A DNA stretch of 64,000 bases, taken from NCBI GenBank assembly GCA_964016885.1, contig OZ024756.1:30318001-30382000 (forward strand). Reading direction: 5' to 3'. The DNA comes from Eledone cirrhosa (taxonomy: Eukaryota). The notes beneath the pieces are model-generated. The model had not been told where the DNA came from. It did no database searches and saw only the letters and a list, made by a program, of their open reading frames with translations. Positions 27,737 to 43,400 of the stretch are shown here, in pieces. Position numbers and translations under genes: made by a program. Numbering within the stretch: the first letter of the stretch is position 1; every line of letters starts with the position of its first letter.

Positions 27737-28394
27737 TATATATATATATGCATACATATATGGCGCTATGGCGGGGGAATGAGTTTTGGCAAAATGGATT
27801 TTCAAAGAATGTTTTCAAAGGATACTCCTAAAACATTTTATTCATCCGAGATCCTGCAGTGTTTAAATTTTATTATATTTTTGATACAAACAAGAAAAGA
27901 AAAACAAGATGATAAGCATTGACTGAAAATCAAAACACATATGCACGTTACCAATAATCGATTTCATTGATCTGGGGAATCGAATTTTATGGGAATACAA
28001 TTTTATATACGCTATAGAGTCAATCTATCAAACAGAAATATTCTTTGTACTAAATTTCTTTCAATAAGACCGTTAGTGTTGTTGTAGTTGTTAAAGTGAA
28101 TGAACGAATAAATATTTATTTTGACGAAACGAAACGCAGCGGAGTGTTTCATTTACCATTCTTTTTTTTTATGTTTGTTTTTGCGAGGAAGGTGATTATC
28201 TTGTCTATGGCGGTGAAATGGCAGATTCATTAGAACGACAGATAAAATACTTCGCTATATTCGTTCCGGTTCTCTGAGCTCCGAGTTCAAATCCCGTCAA
28301 GGTCAACTTCGTTATTCAACCTGTCAACAACGATAAATAAAGTAACAATCGAAGCCAATGTCGATTCTTCTGTATATCTTCCTCACTTCCTTTT

Positions 28395-28451
<57 letters not shown>

Positions 28452-28475
28452 TCTCCCTCTCTCTCTCTCTCTCAC

Positions 28476-28520
<45 letters not shown>

Positions 28521-29082
28521 CACTTTCTCCCTCTTGCTTTCTTTTTCTTTCTGGCAGAAATGGTGTTCAGACCTGGACAACGATTGGCTGCCCCATTTTA
28601 CATGCGTCAGGACTTGACGGTCCATGATATAGAATGGCAGCTCGTTTAAATCTAATATATTCTCTCACGATATTCGTGAAATTAGGTATGTACAGTGGAC
28701 CCCGGCAAGGCTGTGTGGTAAAGACGTTCGCTTGGCAAGTATATAGTTGCCGGTTCGATCCCACTCTGTACGAACAACACCAACAACAGCAATAACTGTA
28801 ACAGCAAACTGGTTATTAAATAAGTGGAATCTACCCGATCACTTGACTTGCAAAAAATAGAAGTAACATTCCCGTCTGATCATACTACTATTTTGAAAAT
28901 AGTTCCGAAACAGCCATGTTTTTCTTTTTGGTTTGATGAACATGGAGGAAATCCAAATGACAAAGTGGCATACCAAAAGGCCCTTGAATTAACATCAGGA
29001 GGTTGTTACGTAAAGTTAATTTTTTGCCAGTTTTATTATTACCACATTTGTGATGAAACTTATTAAAAACAAATCATGATAT

Positions 29083-29262
29083 AATTGTTTCTACTTTTGG
29101 CACAAAGCCAGCAATTATCCCAGCGCATTACTGGTACTTTATTTTATGAACCCCGTAAGGATGAAAGGCAAAGTTAACCTCGGCGGGATTTGAACTCAGA
29201 ATGGCAAGGACCGTAACTCTATGCGTCAAAGAATGGTGTCCGAGCCGCTACCGATACCGCCT
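29083..29262 (-). mobile_element. SINE family 1, short form
   Basis: Motif match to family 1. Confidence 0.8.
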
Positions 29263-29873
29263 CCTTTCAAAATACAAAACATTTAAAAAACAACAAATAA
29301 AGCGAAAATATATTCAAGGCTTAAAAAAAAACAATAACACGCAGTTATCTCTTGAAACATCTGACGTCATTGTAACACTTCAAAATGGCTAACGTGAGAC
29401 TAAACAAACAAGTAATAGTAACAGATTCATATCAGTTTCATATCAGTTTCATACACGCTAAACAACCGAGAAAAGAAAACACTCTTCTCTGTGATGGCAA
29501 GGTCGCCACAGGGAGTTACCTCCCTCTATACTGACTGTCTGATACTCACACTATTTTCTTATGCAGAATTGACTTAAATTACCTGAAATAAAGTCCCTTG
29601 CTCAAAAATAGAAAGTGGTGTTATGCCTGAATATCAAACCATGCCCATAAGATTCGGAGCTCAATAATCTAACCACTAGACGATATACCTGTACAATATA
29701 TTTCTCTATTGTGATATAACATGTTACATCACAACATCACCCGACATTAGGTAATCAGATAGCATCATTAATATGCTTGGAGAATATTCAAATTTAATAG
29801 CAATATTCTCACAGGCTGTTTCCACTGATTCATTCACTGAGGATGATGGTGGTTTATGATAATGATGCTGAAG

Positions 29874-29952
<79 letters not shown>

Positions 29953-29954
<2 letters not shown>

Positions 29955-30141
29955 CAAAGGAAGTGTGGTAAGGACCCATGTGGACCATAACGCACCAGAG
30001 TACTCAATAGTTAGGGTAGTAGAGTGGGAAATAGGAAAAAGTATGACCCCGACGGCAGAGCTCCAGCCGTTTCGAAGGTTATTTCTGTCCAGAAATAGCC
30101 GTCGAAACGGCTTGAACTCTGCCGTCGGGGTCATACTTTTT

Positions 30142-30144
<3 letters not shown>
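29953..30144 (-). mobile_element. Family A element
   Basis: Tail plus inverted arms around tatttctgtccagaaata; long (TA)n on both sides. Confidence 0.85.
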
Positions 30145-30207
<63 letters not shown>

Positions 30208-30612
30208 CAGACAATATTAATTAAATTTGATAACTTTTCACAGAAAACTGAAAAATTTCATTAAAAGTATTTTATTGCGATATTGCTGCTACAGTTGTGG
30301 TTGTTACTGTTACTGTAATTGCTGTTGTTGATGTGCTTATTATTATTGTTGTTGTTGTTGCAGTTGTGGTGATCTTGTCTCGGCTTTTTGCTTTGTTGGG
30401 TTCAGGTATCTGAACAAGAGAAATAAAATATAAAAACTAAAAGTGCAAATTGCATACAAAGAAAAAATTATATAAAAATGGAGAATAAGAGGGAGGATGG
30501 TGTTGGTGATAATGTGGCATCAGTGAAGGAAGGGGGAGGTCAGTAACATATCTAATATATTGAAGGACAATAATTATTAATTTGTATATGCAAACACACA
30601 ACCACGAACACA

Positions 30613-30727
<115 letters not shown>

Positions 30728-30937
30728 ATATATGTATGTGTGTATATATGTATATATGTATATATGCATATATATATATATATATATATACATAGTGCTA
30801 CGGGGAGTATTTTATTGTCTCCAGATTTTTGTTCCTTCTTATATACTGTTTTATATATGTTGGTCCTTCTTCTTCTTCTTCTTCTTCTTCTTCTTCTTCT
30901 TCTTCTTCTTCTTCTTCTTCTTCTCCTCTTTGTTGTT

Positions 30938-30973
<36 letters not shown>

Positions 30974-31589
30974 ATTATTATTGTTATCATTATTATTATT
31001 TAATAACCATTGTTTGAAATGTCACATAAAAAGGTTAAAAGCAGTAAGAGAATTCCATGCATTATATGGACAGCGTAATGGCCGAACAATACAAATTTTA
31101 TTTCTTTTTCAATTCTTCTATAGATTCGGGACACGTTACTGCCTTTCATAATCGCTGTTATATTACGATCGATGATCGATGAGGGGCATTGGATTGGATT
31201 GGATTGGTTGAACATCTAAAGCAGACGAAGAGAAAAATGGTACAGTGCGTTGAGAGAATCAATGCGTGTGGTGGATGAGAAAAATGGCGGCGTTAGATAT
31301 ACTAAATTGATAGAGCCGTAGATGAGAAAAAAAATTGGGACATGGATATAACCAAAAGAATGGCGGACGTCAAATGTGATAGATTAACTGATGACAATGC
31401 ACTCGTTTACATTACTAAAGTACATTACTAAAATATGTGGCAATGTGGAAATGTTAGTATTATTAGATACCCGAGCCGTGAGAATGGTGGAAAGTAAATT
31501 CGATCTCAGGAGAATACGAACTAAGACCTATCTATCTATCTATCTATCTTATATTTATCTACATCCCTTTCTCTCTCTCTCCCCTCTCG

Positions 31590-31657
<68 letters not shown>

Positions 31658-31747
31658 ATTTTAGAGAAAAGTAATTAGCCAAACAAAAATTAACAACATT
31701 TATTTTCTACATATGTTTCAATTAGCGGCAGAAAACAATACAATACA

Positions 31748-31778
<31 letters not shown>

Positions 31779-31853
31779 CATACATACACATATATATATG
31801 TGTATGTATGTATGTATGTATGTATACATATATATATATACATAAATACATAC

Positions 31854-31979
<126 letters not shown>

Positions 31980-32548
31980 TCATTTATTCATCTACATTAC
32001 CAAATCACCACATACTTATTTTCACTTATCTTTATAAAGCTGCTCTCTGTCTGAAATATGTCAACATTAACCGAATTATTGAAGACAACTAAGAACATTT
32101 TACATTTTTCTTTCCACCGCACACAATCTAAGTATTGTACGTGCTGTACAATCAATCATCATATATAATAGATGTAATCATTCTCTTCGTCTTCCTGTTA
32201 TCTGTTCAAAACATTGGCAGCTGTCACTCACCTATTAATGTATTGTTACGTTTTGTTTCGTTTCGCTAATCAAGTTTTCTTGCATTCTTCATTTTTAACA
32301 CTTCCCTTCGTTTTGTAGAGAAGAAAAAAAAAACTTTCAATTTCATGACTGAATCACACGTGAATATTTCATGGAAGATATATGATATTATTTTTAAGAC
32401 AATCTTTGTCACTTCTGTTATTGCTGCTGATGTTGCTGTTGTTGCTGTTGCTGCTGTTGCTGTTTTATAGTTGTTGTTGATGTTGTTTTTGTTGTGGTTT
32501 AGTGACAATCGGTAGAGTATTGGTTTAAATACATCAGTATTTATTTTA

Positions 32549-33530
32549 GCTCTGAGTTCAAATCCCGCCGAGTTCACTTTGCCTTTCATCCTTACGGGGT
32601 CGATAAAATAAAGTACCAGTAATGCACTGGGTAATTGATGGCCTTGTGCCAAAAGTAGAAACAAGTATTTATTTTAGCTCTCTGCACACTGATTTCATAT
32701 TATTTCGATGTTAAATTTCGTTTTCTTAATCTCGAAGTCAATAAATATATTACTACTCCAGTGACGGTGAGCTGGTGAAATTGTTAAAATGCCGTACGAA
32801 GTGATTTGTAGTCTCTGATCTGACTCTGAGCGTTCGGTTTTCCTGGACCTCCTACCAACGTTCGTTTTCCTGGATTTCCTACCAGCAGATAGTATCAGCC
32901 ATGATTTCTAGTATAGACACAAGGCCAGTAATTTGGGGGGGAGGGGAAAGTCGATTAAATCAACCCCAGTGCGTCACTGGTACTTTATTTTATCGACCCC
33001 TTAAGGATGAAAGGCAAAGTAAACCTCGGCGGGATTTGAACTCAGACTGTAAAGGTCCGTAATTCTATGCTGCAAAGCATGGCGTCCGAACCTCTACCGA
33101 TACTGCCAATCCACCACCCTGAATATCAGCAATGAAAAGATGAAAAGATGAAATGATGAAAGGTAACATTCTTTCATTGGTCCCGTATAACGATTGGCTG
33201 CTTTCTTCATTTCATTTCTTTAGACCCAGGACTATCTTTTTATACAATAATATTGAGGGTGTAGGGCATTCTACGCATGTCTGCTTATTATTTTCAAAGA
33301 ATGGACGGTGGATTGGCAGTATCGTTAGAATTTCAGACATCATGCTTTGCAGCATAGAGTTACGGTCCTTTATGATCTGAGTTCAAATCCTGCCGAAGTT
33401 AACTTTGCCTTTCATACTTACGGGGTCAATAAAATAAAGAAACAGTAACGTACTGGGTTTGATTTAATCAACTCCCCCCTCCCCTCCCCCCAAAAAAATG
33501 ACTGGCCTTATTCCTATAATAGAAATTATT
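32549..33530. mobile_element. Three SINE family 1 copies: 32549-32663 (+), 32908-33119 (-), 33303-33530 (+)
   Basis: Motif matches to family 1. Confidence 0.8.
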
Positions 33531-33744
33531 ATTTTCACAGAATGAGTTTCACGGTTGAGAAGACTGCGACTAAATTGCATCACTCCCCCACCCCTCACTA
33601 ATCACTGGGCTTTGGTTCGAGTTAATGAATATACGACTAGAGTGTATGAATAGCCACCAGATATAAAATGGAAGCCTGTGAAAGAACGGGAAAGCAATCT
33701 CACAGAGAAACCTATGACATTTATTATCCAGAGATGAAACCACC

Positions 33745-33798
33745 ACCAATAACAACAACAAAAACAATAACACCACTACTATCACCACCACCACCAAC

Positions 33799-33830
<32 letters not shown>

Positions 33831-33870
33831 CAAAAACAATAACACCACTACTATCACCACCACCACCAAC

Positions 33871-33902
<32 letters not shown>

Positions 33903-34007
33903 CAAAAACAAATAACACCACTGCTATCACCAACACAATCACCACCACTACCACCAACAACAACAACAACAAAAACAAATAACACCACTGCTATCACCAA
34001 CACAATC

Positions 34008-34039
<32 letters not shown>

Positions 34040-34074
34040 AAACAAATAACACCACTGGTATCACCAACACAATC

Positions 34075-34106
<32 letters not shown>

Positions 34107-34141
34107 AAACAAATAACACCACTGCTATCACCAACACAATC

Positions 34142-34173
<32 letters not shown>

Positions 34174-34375
34174 AAACAAATAACACCACTGCTATCACCA
34201 ACACAATCACCACCACTACCACCAACAACAACAACAACAAAAACAAATAACACCACTGCTATCACCAACACAATCACCACCACCACCACCACCAACAACA
34301 ACAACAAAAACAAATAACACCACTGCTATCACCAACACAATCACCACCACTACCACCACAAACAACAACAATAAC
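33745..34375. repeat. ~63-67-bp CAC/CAA-rich minisatellite, ~10 units
   Basis: aataacaccactgctatcaccaacacaatcaccacc...aacaacaaaaac repeated. Confidence 0.9.
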
Positions 34376-34992
34376 TAAATAACTGAGATGGTGTCGGTTA
34401 GAACACTATTCAAGATAGTGTTACTCAGTAATATTGAGAGTGACCCTAGTGAATCAATACCACCAATATGGCTGTTGAGCTTTAGTTTAAAGCAAATCAT
34501 TATTTTTCAAGGAAATAATTACATATTTTCTTTGCTGGAATCATAAAGTCATAGATTCCAACCGGATTCATAATAAGTTTTCAAATATTAAAAACAAGAA
34601 CGACAACATAAAGAAAAAAGAAATGGCAAAATACAAAACAACTACAACTACAAGAAAAATCGATAAATATATAATAATCACTAATAAATGTTCAAATAAC
34701 ATAAAACAATATAGAATAAATGTAAAATACGATATAACAAAATGGCGGTATATGGAATGTAATTTGATATTTTAACATTTAAACATGAATCTATATTAAA
34801 CAGTTTGAACTGAATGGTAATTCGGATTTCCGTTTTCCCGAAAATTTTAATTATATAGCATGCGGTTCTTTAAATGTAATAAAGATTTTCATTATTACAA
34901 TAAATGACTTAGTTATTTATTTGTGAATATATATATATATATATATATTTGTTTACATGCATTTATTTATTTATATTCTTATGTTATTATAT

Positions 34993-35105
<113 letters not shown>

Positions 35106-35238
35106 TATATACATATATATATATTATTGCCCAACAATTTTCTAAATATTGGATTGTTTTACTGCCTGAAATTTAGTACTATTCTTAAATTCTCATAGTG
35201 TGTATGTGTGTATGCGTGTATTAGTGTTCAGATATGTA

Positions 35239-35333
<95 letters not shown>

Positions 35334-35468
35334 TATATAAATATATATATATTTATATATATATACATATCTAACAACCACCGGCTTTTAGACTCATCTA
35401 ATTAAAGAAACAAGTGTTAATACTGTAAATAAACCCTTTTGTACAGCCGACCATGTTATTCTTCAGTC

Positions 35469-35505
<37 letters not shown>

Positions 35506-35508
<3 letters not shown>

Positions 35509-36310
35509 TAAGATGTATGGTAGGTCGTATGTGAATCGCGATGATCACGTCTGACCTACCAAATATGTGACGGTAGCTAGTTAAGCTCTATGCGTATACG
35601 CAGAGCAGAAATATTAGTGAAAAAGAACAAAGGAACTATTATGACATTATAACAAGTTTATTGCCGACAGCCGTTTCGTCCGACCACATGGTGGGACTTA
35701 TCAAGGCATATAACATGTGATTGTAAGATCATTATTTACATCAACGTATCACTCAAGGCTAGCAGTTTGAAATTGTGGTATACATCAGCAACTCCGCTTG
35801 TATAGTTGGGGTCTATATTCTAAGGGGGCTCTTTTATATTAGTTGTCGGGGTCAGGGATTGAAGTTTAAAAATTAGATAATATATAATTTACGCATTAAC
35901 AGTAAACTAAAAGACTTGGGGTCCCGTAGAAGCACCTTAGAAAATCCCTCAATACGTGCATAAAGCTTACAGGCTCCAATAAACCTACTAGACTAGAAGA
36001 AATAAAGAGGGTAATAAAATAAAAAATAAAAATATAAAGTTTCCCTAAATATATAAAGTTTCCTATGAAATTCCTTCTAGAGAAAAAAAATTTTTTTCTG
36101 AAAGAAAAAAACCTTCTTCTCCCGAGATCACGTTTACAAATTTCAGAAAACTTACGAAGTTTTGATATTTCATACTAAGTTGAAAGAAACTAATCAATTA
36201 AAGGTTAATTCAGAGAGCCTTCTATAATTCTCTCAGAAAAGGCCCCTTTAATATTTTTAATAGGCAATAAACTTGTTATAATGTCATAATAGTTCCTTTG
36301 TTCTTTTTCA

Positions 36311-36317
<7 letters not shown>
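35506..36317 (-). mobile_element. Family D non-autonomous Penelope-like element with hammerhead and inverted 5' arm
   Basis: (TA)n on both sides; 55-bp inverted repeat 35611-35665 / 36263-36317; hammerhead at 35662-35708; hairpin-rich tail; no ORF. Confidence 0.8.
35662..35708 (-). ncRNA. Minimal type-I hammerhead ribozyme, compensatory U3-A8 core
   Basis: tgcc-TTGATAA-gtcc c acc atgt ggt c ggac-GAA-ACGGCTGT-C-ggca; GUC site, G-C closed stem II, quasi-palindromic stem III, AATAAA immediately downstream. Confidence 0.85.
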
Positions 36318-36375
<58 letters not shown>

Positions 36376-36378
<3 letters not shown>

Positions 36379-36505
36379 GTACGGTGTGGTAAAATACCAA
36401 GTGGACCATAACCCACCAGAGTATTCGATACTTGGGTTAGTATAGTGGTTAATATGAAAATATTCACGATTTCGACGACTGAGCTTCGGCCGTTTCTTCA
36501 GTTGT
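36376..36505 (-). mobile_element. Old, diverged family A copy
   Basis: gtgtggtaaaataccaagtggaccataacccacc tail; minus strand reads ctgaagaaacggcc. Confidence 0.6.
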
Positions 36506-36740
36506 CTATGCTACAAACCAAGAACAGTAAATGTAACGGGAAGAATGCCTGCTGGCATTCATCCCGGCTCGCTTGGCTCTGAATTCAAATCTCAACAAAA
36601 TCAAAGCTGACATCCATCTTTCCCTAATCGCTAAAATAAAGTAACAGTCAAGTACAGATGTTGATTGAATCTGTTTAAAGTAAATGTAGAATCCCCTACT
36701 GCTAATAAAAAATCACTATTACTCTAATTATTACCATATT

Positions 36741-37442
36741 GCTTTGCAGCATGGGAGTTATGGCTTTTTAGGTTCTGTGTTCAAATCCCGCCATGTTAAA
36801 TTTGCCTTCCATCCTTACGGGGTCGATACATAAAGCACCAGTAATGCACTGGGGTCGATTTAATCGACATTCCCTTCCTCTTCAAATTGCTGGCGTTGTA
36901 CTCATATAAGAAATCATTATTATTGGCAGTGCTGGTGGCAATATTATGGTCCTTTACGTTCTTAGTTCAAATCCAACGAGGTTAACTTTGCCTTTCATCC
37001 TTACAGGGTCGATAAAATAAAGTACCAGTCACGCACTGGGGTCGATATAATGGACATTTCCCTCCCCCAAAATTGTTGACCTAGTGCCAATATAAGAAAC
37101 CATAATTGTTTCTGAATTCAAATCCGCCGAGGTCAACTTTGCCTTTCATCCTTACGGGTCAGTAAAATAAAGTACCAGCAATGCACTGGGGTAATTGCTG
37201 GCCTTGTGCCAAAAGTAGAAACATTATTGTTATTATTATTATTAATAAATAAGGGCGGTGGATTGGCAATAGCGGACGCCATGTTTTGCTTTGCATCAAA
37301 GAGTTACGGCCCTTTATGGTCTGAGTTCAAACTCCGCCGAGGTTAACTTCGCCTTTCATCCTTACGGGGTCGATAAAATAAAGTACCAGTAATACACTGG
37401 GATAATTGCTGGCCTTGTGCCAAATGTAGAAACAATTATTAT
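36741..37442 (+). mobile_element. Tandem cluster of four SINE family 1 copies (two long, two short)
   Basis: ttcaaa...ttgcctttcatccttac...taccag repeated at ~36780, 36965, 37117 and 37325. Confidence 0.85.
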
Positions 37443-37858
37443 TAATAAATATATCTTTCGTATTGTTAGTATTGATCTTTTTTTTCCTGTTAGATTCGAA
37501 GCATATGATTCATTTCATATCTTGTCCAATCTACAGATCTCAATATTATCATAAAAGTTCGATCAGTAAAGTCGCTTTAACGCAATCAGAATATTTTAAT
37601 GACTATACACCCACATATATATATATATATAAACACACACTCATACACACACACGTTCACATACAAACACACACGCCCTCGCACAAGCATAAGAGGATAA
37701 ATCGCATTTCGTCTCTCTCTCTCTCTCTCAATTATACCTTCTGTTTGTCATCTCTCTGTCTCTCACTATATGTACACACACACACACAAACACAGAGACA
37801 TATATATATATATATATACACACATATATATATGTATGTATATGTACACATAGACACA

Positions 37859-37925
<67 letters not shown>

Positions 37926-39294
37926 TTCCATTGTATTATGTCTTGCTCTCTTATCTCTCAGCGCCTCTCTCTTAATGTGCTATCCTCCCTGCCTCCCTTT
38001 TTACCTATCTCTCTCTCTCACACTAGATTACCATTTCTCCAATTATATATTTCACTCTCTCTGTTATTCTATTTCTACTTCTCTTTATCATCGTTCTCTA
38101 TCAGGTCCCTTTATTTTCTTTATTCAATACACGTATACCTGAAAATTTCCTCTCCTTCTCTTTAAATCTTTCACTCTCTCATTTCTCCGCCCCCGTCTTT
38201 TCTCGCCACCTTCCCTTATTTTTCTTTCTATTAATTCTACGATATTTCGCCTCTCTTCCCATCCAATTTTACTAACTTTCTTTTTTTTTTTTATTTCTTC
38301 TCAAACAATTTCTATCAACATTTCCAGATTTCTCTGGAGAATATCATTAATTACAATGGTCAACATAATACAGATTCTTTTTTCATTGAAGATAAAATTA
38401 GCCATTTGTTGAATGAGTTTTGCTGATGCTAAATATGCCTTTAGTTTCTCCAAAGCACATGGTTTAAATATGACAGATTCCTTTTCTTTTTCTACAATGT
38501 TTATTAATGTTTAAGTTGATTTAAATAAGAGTTTATGAAATATTTTCTTTAATGCTTGATGCGAAAAACAAAACATACACTTTATTAATCAATATATAAT
38601 TATAATGAAATTATATTTTATACTCTAAACGTTCTGTACAGCATGAAGTCGCATAAGCAAGTCAATCTAGAAAAGTGCTAAGCAGTCCTATGACCTTATT
38701 AAAATACAGTCTCTAATTAAATATTTACAAAACAATCTATCCAGTGGTAAAGATACTATAAACATTTGAACCAACAACAAACCACATGAACCCATATAAG
38801 CAAGTTATACTGCAAACGAACAAATCAGCACTATGACTATATCACATTTAAGAGTAAAGTTTTTACACTAATACTATATATTTTCAAACCAATATGTCCG
38901 CCAACAAAGATACAATCAACATTGAAATAAACCGATTTTAGATATTTTTCTGCTAAAATTAGTAAGACAACCTTGAACATTACAAAGCAGTAATACAACT
39001 GTCCCACATTATGACGTAAGATCTGTAACCTAATACTGCAAACTTTCATAACCATCTGGCCGAGAGTAAACCTACTACAAGCATTTGAATTAGCAAATCC
39101 GATTTTATATATTTTCTGATAAATTATTAAGTGATTTTAAAGCATAGAGATTTTCTGGAAGGAAATCTAAACGATAATGTAGGAAATGCATTTAAAAGTC
39201 TTTAACAATATCCGATGTCACTTTCATAAATAGCAATACTTATAAATACTTATCTATATATTTATCTCTATCTATTTATCTATCGATCGACCTA

Positions 39295-39668
39295 TCTCGT
39301 TTTTTCAAATATCATTTTGGAAGAAGAATCAGGATGGGGAGAGAGGTACTGTATGTACCCCAGCAAATTTTATAAAAGGTGGGTGAATGTGGCAAAGATG
39401 GCCCAAGTGGTTAAGCCATCTCTCTATATAAGCCTGTAGGTTGAGGAAAAAGAGGAAGAGAGGAAGGGAGTACTCACTCTTGGTGCTCCTGGAGATGAGG
39501 GTTGTACATTTTTTCGGGGTGTGTACAACCCCTGTGTAACACCTCCCCCTATTGGGGATTTCAATTGTTATTTGTTATTGTATTAGTTTTATTTTCATAT
39601 ACCTGTCTGTAAACTCCCCATTTGTATTTGTCCCCTTCTTTTGTGCCCTTGTGGTTAATAAAGAAATG
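39295..39668 (+). mobile_element. 5'-truncated Tx1/L1-like retrotransposon end (family G) in (TATC)n
   Basis: Frameshifted C-terminus FFKYH..RRIRMGREVL..PSKF.KRWVNVAKMAQVVKPSLYISL*, then a 3' UTR ending aataaagaaat; clade assignment is from memory of Tx1 ORF2 ends. Confidence 0.55.
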
Positions 39669-39714
39669 TATCTATCTATAGGTAAACGTACATATGACCC
39701 TCCCAAAGTATAAC

Positions 39715-39765
<51 letters not shown>

Positions 39766-39910
39766 AGTAAGTATGTTTTGAAACAGTGAGCGAGTTTGAA
39801 ATTAGAAAATATATAGCTTTCACCGTATTTTTAACTAAAGGAATTTTAGCTTGATAACGGGGTTTAGAACCCTCAGATAAATGGAAAAAGATGAGTATTG
39901 ACGTACATCG

Positions 39911-39992
<82 letters not shown>

Positions 39993-40082
39993 CAGTCCTG
40001 CAGAAGTCATTTCTCTCCTTCTCTTTCTCGCTCTCTCGCTCTCTCTCTCTCTATCTCTCTCTCTCTCTATATATATATATAT

Positions 40083-40325
<243 letters not shown>

Positions 40326-40477
40326 ATTCTATGGACTTACTTTTTTATATATACATATATATTCAGATATATTCAGTAATTACCTTTCTATATACTTTTC
40401 ATTCTTATCTAACCCTATATTATTAAGTGCGTTACTTTCTTGCATGTCGTTCTTACTTCTTGAAAAAAAAAGATACG

Positions 40478-40511
<34 letters not shown>

Positions 40512-40638
40512 TAAATATATATACATATCTTTATATATATATATACATATATTTATATATATGCATATATACACACACATATATATATATATACATATCT
40601 TTATATATATATATATACATATATTTATATATATATGC

Positions 40639-40691
<53 letters not shown>

Positions 40692-40887
40692 ATTATATAA
40701 ATACATGCACTCACATATATTCACACGTAAATGTACCTAATTGTACGCTCGTAAATACGCAAATACACTTGTTGTACCGCACAAAATAGCAATATTTACC
40801 AAGCATTGTGTTTCAATGAGAGAGCATAGAATTCAGTTTGTAATAAAAATGATATAGGTGCGTTCATATGTAGACACACACGCACGC

Positions 40888-40978
<91 letters not shown>

Positions 40979-41167
40979 TGTTTATTCCGTACAATAAATG
41001 GTGTTTTTTGTCTTTGAATTCTTTATTTCTAATACGAAGATTCAAATGTCTCCAGGATGTATGCAATTATTTCTTACAAATTCTCATATTAAAGACATTT
41101 TATTTTATTTTTCATTTCATGTATCCATCTCTCTATATATCTATCGACATTTATATATATATATATG

Positions 41168-41252
<85 letters not shown>

Positions 41253-41369
41253 GTAGACATATATGTGCCATATAAACACACACACACACACACATATATA
41301 TATATGCATGTGCTTTACATATGTTTGTATTTATTCATATTTCTATACATATGCACACACACACACTCA

Positions 41370-41547
<178 letters not shown>

Positions 41548-42139
41548 TATTTAAAGCACATGCATTTAAAACCAGTCCTCTTTATATGTATAATCCATCA
41601 CCATATTTATATAGAGAGCGAGAGATAGCTACAGACACACACACACACACACACACATACACATACACACATATATATATATGTATGTATATATATATAT
41701 GTATACAGGGAGAGCAAATGAGAAGAGAGCGATAGTTAGATCGATAGGTAGGTAGGTTGCTAGATAGATAGATAAAGAGAGAGCGTGATAGCGTAGGAGA
41801 GATAGATTGGTGGATTGTAAAATGTTTGTGTTTACAAACTAAATAAAAAGTATTCAATGGAAGATTTACAGAAGAACCTGATTCTTCTTAAATTTGTTGT
41901 TGCTAAAATTGAAAAAGGCAAAACAGGATGACAATATATAAGCAATAATTATTACTAAACATTTCACAATACGATTAGTCATGAAGAAATTACCAATCAT
42001 ATCTCGCTAACTAATCAAAAAATTATGTGTTTACAAATATGCTTTGCCTATATTTTGTTAGCTGCTTTCCTTTTTCAGTATATTTTATGTATGTATGTGT
42101 AAATATATATATGTTACATATATATTGATATATATATAA

Positions 42140-42302
<163 letters not shown>

Positions 42303-42304
42303 AA

Positions 42305-42431
<127 letters not shown>

Positions 42432-42462
42432 AAAATATATAAATATATATATATATATATAT

Positions 42463-42903
42463 AAATGGAATAGAATGAAACGAAATTTCATTTCTCACTC
42501 TTAGTACGGCACTTACTTAAATGTAAGTATGTATGTATGTATACGTACATACATATATGTATACATACGTACAGTAGTATGTATATATATACATACATGC
42601 CCACATATATATATATATATATGTACGTATCGGTTTACCGAACATTTATTATAATGCTCGGTAAACAAACAAACAGCCCGAATTACGCCGCACAGTGTTT
42701 AGGCAACCACGTCACCTTTTTTTGTTCAACACTGACACAGGGACGATTTACTAGTTTCAAGCTTATTAGCTATCGTCAGCATCGTATACCTTCCTGCCAG
42801 ATGGTTGAACGTCTGAAAGTATATACTTTCCTTATGCATATTAACGGCTGAGCAGCCTTATTTGCATATCGAGTGAGTTCAGTCGGCCGGGCACACCGAA
42901 AAA
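42463..42903 (-). mobile_element. Family B hammerhead-bearing element, permutation 1
   Basis: Reverse complement of blocks in 47694-48218 but with different start and end points; (TA)n flanks. Confidence 0.8.
42743..42785 (-). ncRNA. Minimal type-I hammerhead ribozyme (family B)
   Basis: acgatg-CTGACGA-tagct aata agctt-GAA-ACTAGT-A-aatcgt. Confidence 0.75.
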
Positions 42904-42943
42904 ATATATATATATATGTACATGTATATGAGAGTATGCGTGC

Positions 42944-43004
<61 letters not shown>

Positions 43005-43320
43005 GAAATTTTAATGGGTTTGTTATATTACACTTCACGTTGCATTTATTTGTGCATGGGTGTTAAGTTTGTTGTTTATGGAGATATGTGTTCAATCATA
43101 TGTGAAAGTGTGTGTATTCTGGTATGTATGTTTGGCAGAGATGTGTGGTTGTTGGTGGCATGAGTGCACATTCCGAGATGGACATAATCCAGGAGTCCGA
43201 AAAAAAGACCAGTTGAATGGAAGAGGTGTATCTGTGTAGGAAGGTGAGGCTGTAGTGAGAAAGTAATCGTGGGGACTTGCAGGATGTGTGTACGTGATCG
43301 TGCGTGTCTGTGAGATGGTG

Positions 43321-43398
<78 letters not shown>

Positions 43399-43400
<2 letters not shown>

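Noticed and set aside
43020-43320. Possible Penelope Zn-knuckle/GIY-YIG linker remnant on the minus strand
   Set aside because: Only a vague PG-x-C resemblance with stops; motif not recoverable by eye.
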